Positions 63,846 to 64,000 of a DNA stretch of 64,000 nucleotides are shown here, one piece after another (within the stretch, counting starts at the first letter, position 1; each line of letters opens with the position of its first letter). The notes below the pieces were generated by a model. It had not been told where the DNA came from. It was given only the letters and a program-made list of their open reading frames with translations, and did not search any database. A program made the translations under genes and the position numbers. This DNA is from a virus, in the IMG/VR virus record IMGVR_UViG_3300029561_000002, positions 14,633 through 78,632 of that record, one strand, 5' to 3'.

Positions 63846-64000
63846 CACTAAAACGTTAGTGCAAATATGTACGGGTACGTTAATCCGGAATTTACGCCTA
63901 TGGAGAGTACAAGAACTTGTGAGTAGATAGATATTTATATCATCAAAAGCATACTCGTTGAAGTAGGAATGAAACATAGAAGTTTATAACTTTTTATAAG
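63700..64000 (+). ncRNA. expected omega (re)RNA region of the TnpB element
   Basis: Inferred only from established TnpB biology, where the guide RNA overlaps the tnpB 3' end and right end. Boundaries not determined. Confidence 0.3.

Noticed and set aside
1-64000. Genome-wide stop-codon reassignment (TAG or TAA recoding), suggested by the in-frame stops at 14961 and 21147 plus phage tRNAs
   Set aside because: TAA, TAG and TGA all terminate well-supported, translationally coupled genes (for example TAG at 4551, TAA at 7594, TGA at 7152). None of the tRNAs I could fold has a CUA, UUA or UCA anticodon. Only two cases were seen.

Overview
The window is almost entirely one low-GC, temperate siphovirus-like phage or prophage genome of a Firmicutes/Clostridia-type host. 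It is permuted, so it opens at the end of the tail-fibre and lysis genes. Gene order: tail-fibre end and GH25 endolysin (1-2.2 kb); an orphan LytTR response regulator and a CI-like repressor switch (2.4-4.4 kb); early genes with an OB-fold protein, a Rad50/SbcC-like ATPase and RecT (5-11.6 kb); a complete diversity-generating retroelement (DGR) with two target genes, Avd, TR and RT (11.6-14.4 kb); an interrupted MBL nuclease, SSB, a GIY-YIG nuclease, a C5 DNA methyltransferase, Lar-like zinc ribbons, YopX and many small zinc-finger ORFs (14.8-25 kb); a replisome organizer and a DnaC-like loader (25.2-26.8 kb). Next comes a heterogeneous accessory island (27.6-43.1 kb). It carries a large serine recombinase, a GC-richer minus-strand operon, three tandem promoter-driven small RNAs, RHH regulators with iterated operators, a second GIY-YIG nuclease, a TerS-like gene, a Bro-N antirepressor, an XRE protein, a small resolvase and a tRNA cluster. 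The late region has TerL, portal, scaffold, capsid and connector (45.6-52.1 kb); a 6.6-kb insertion of XhlA-like, sigma-like, low-complexity/Cys-rich, HExxH and beta-helix fibre genes (52.2-58.8 kb); head-tail joining genes, a holin, the major tail protein and frameshifted chaperones (58.9-62.3 kb); and a solo TnpB with a divergent RHH gene (62.4-64 kb). All functions were assigned by eye from motifs; no searches were run. The signals I rank highest are the DGR sitting inside the recombination operon, the paralogous structured sRNAs, the repressor-wired TnpB, the odd tRNA cluster and the low-complexity gene cluster.
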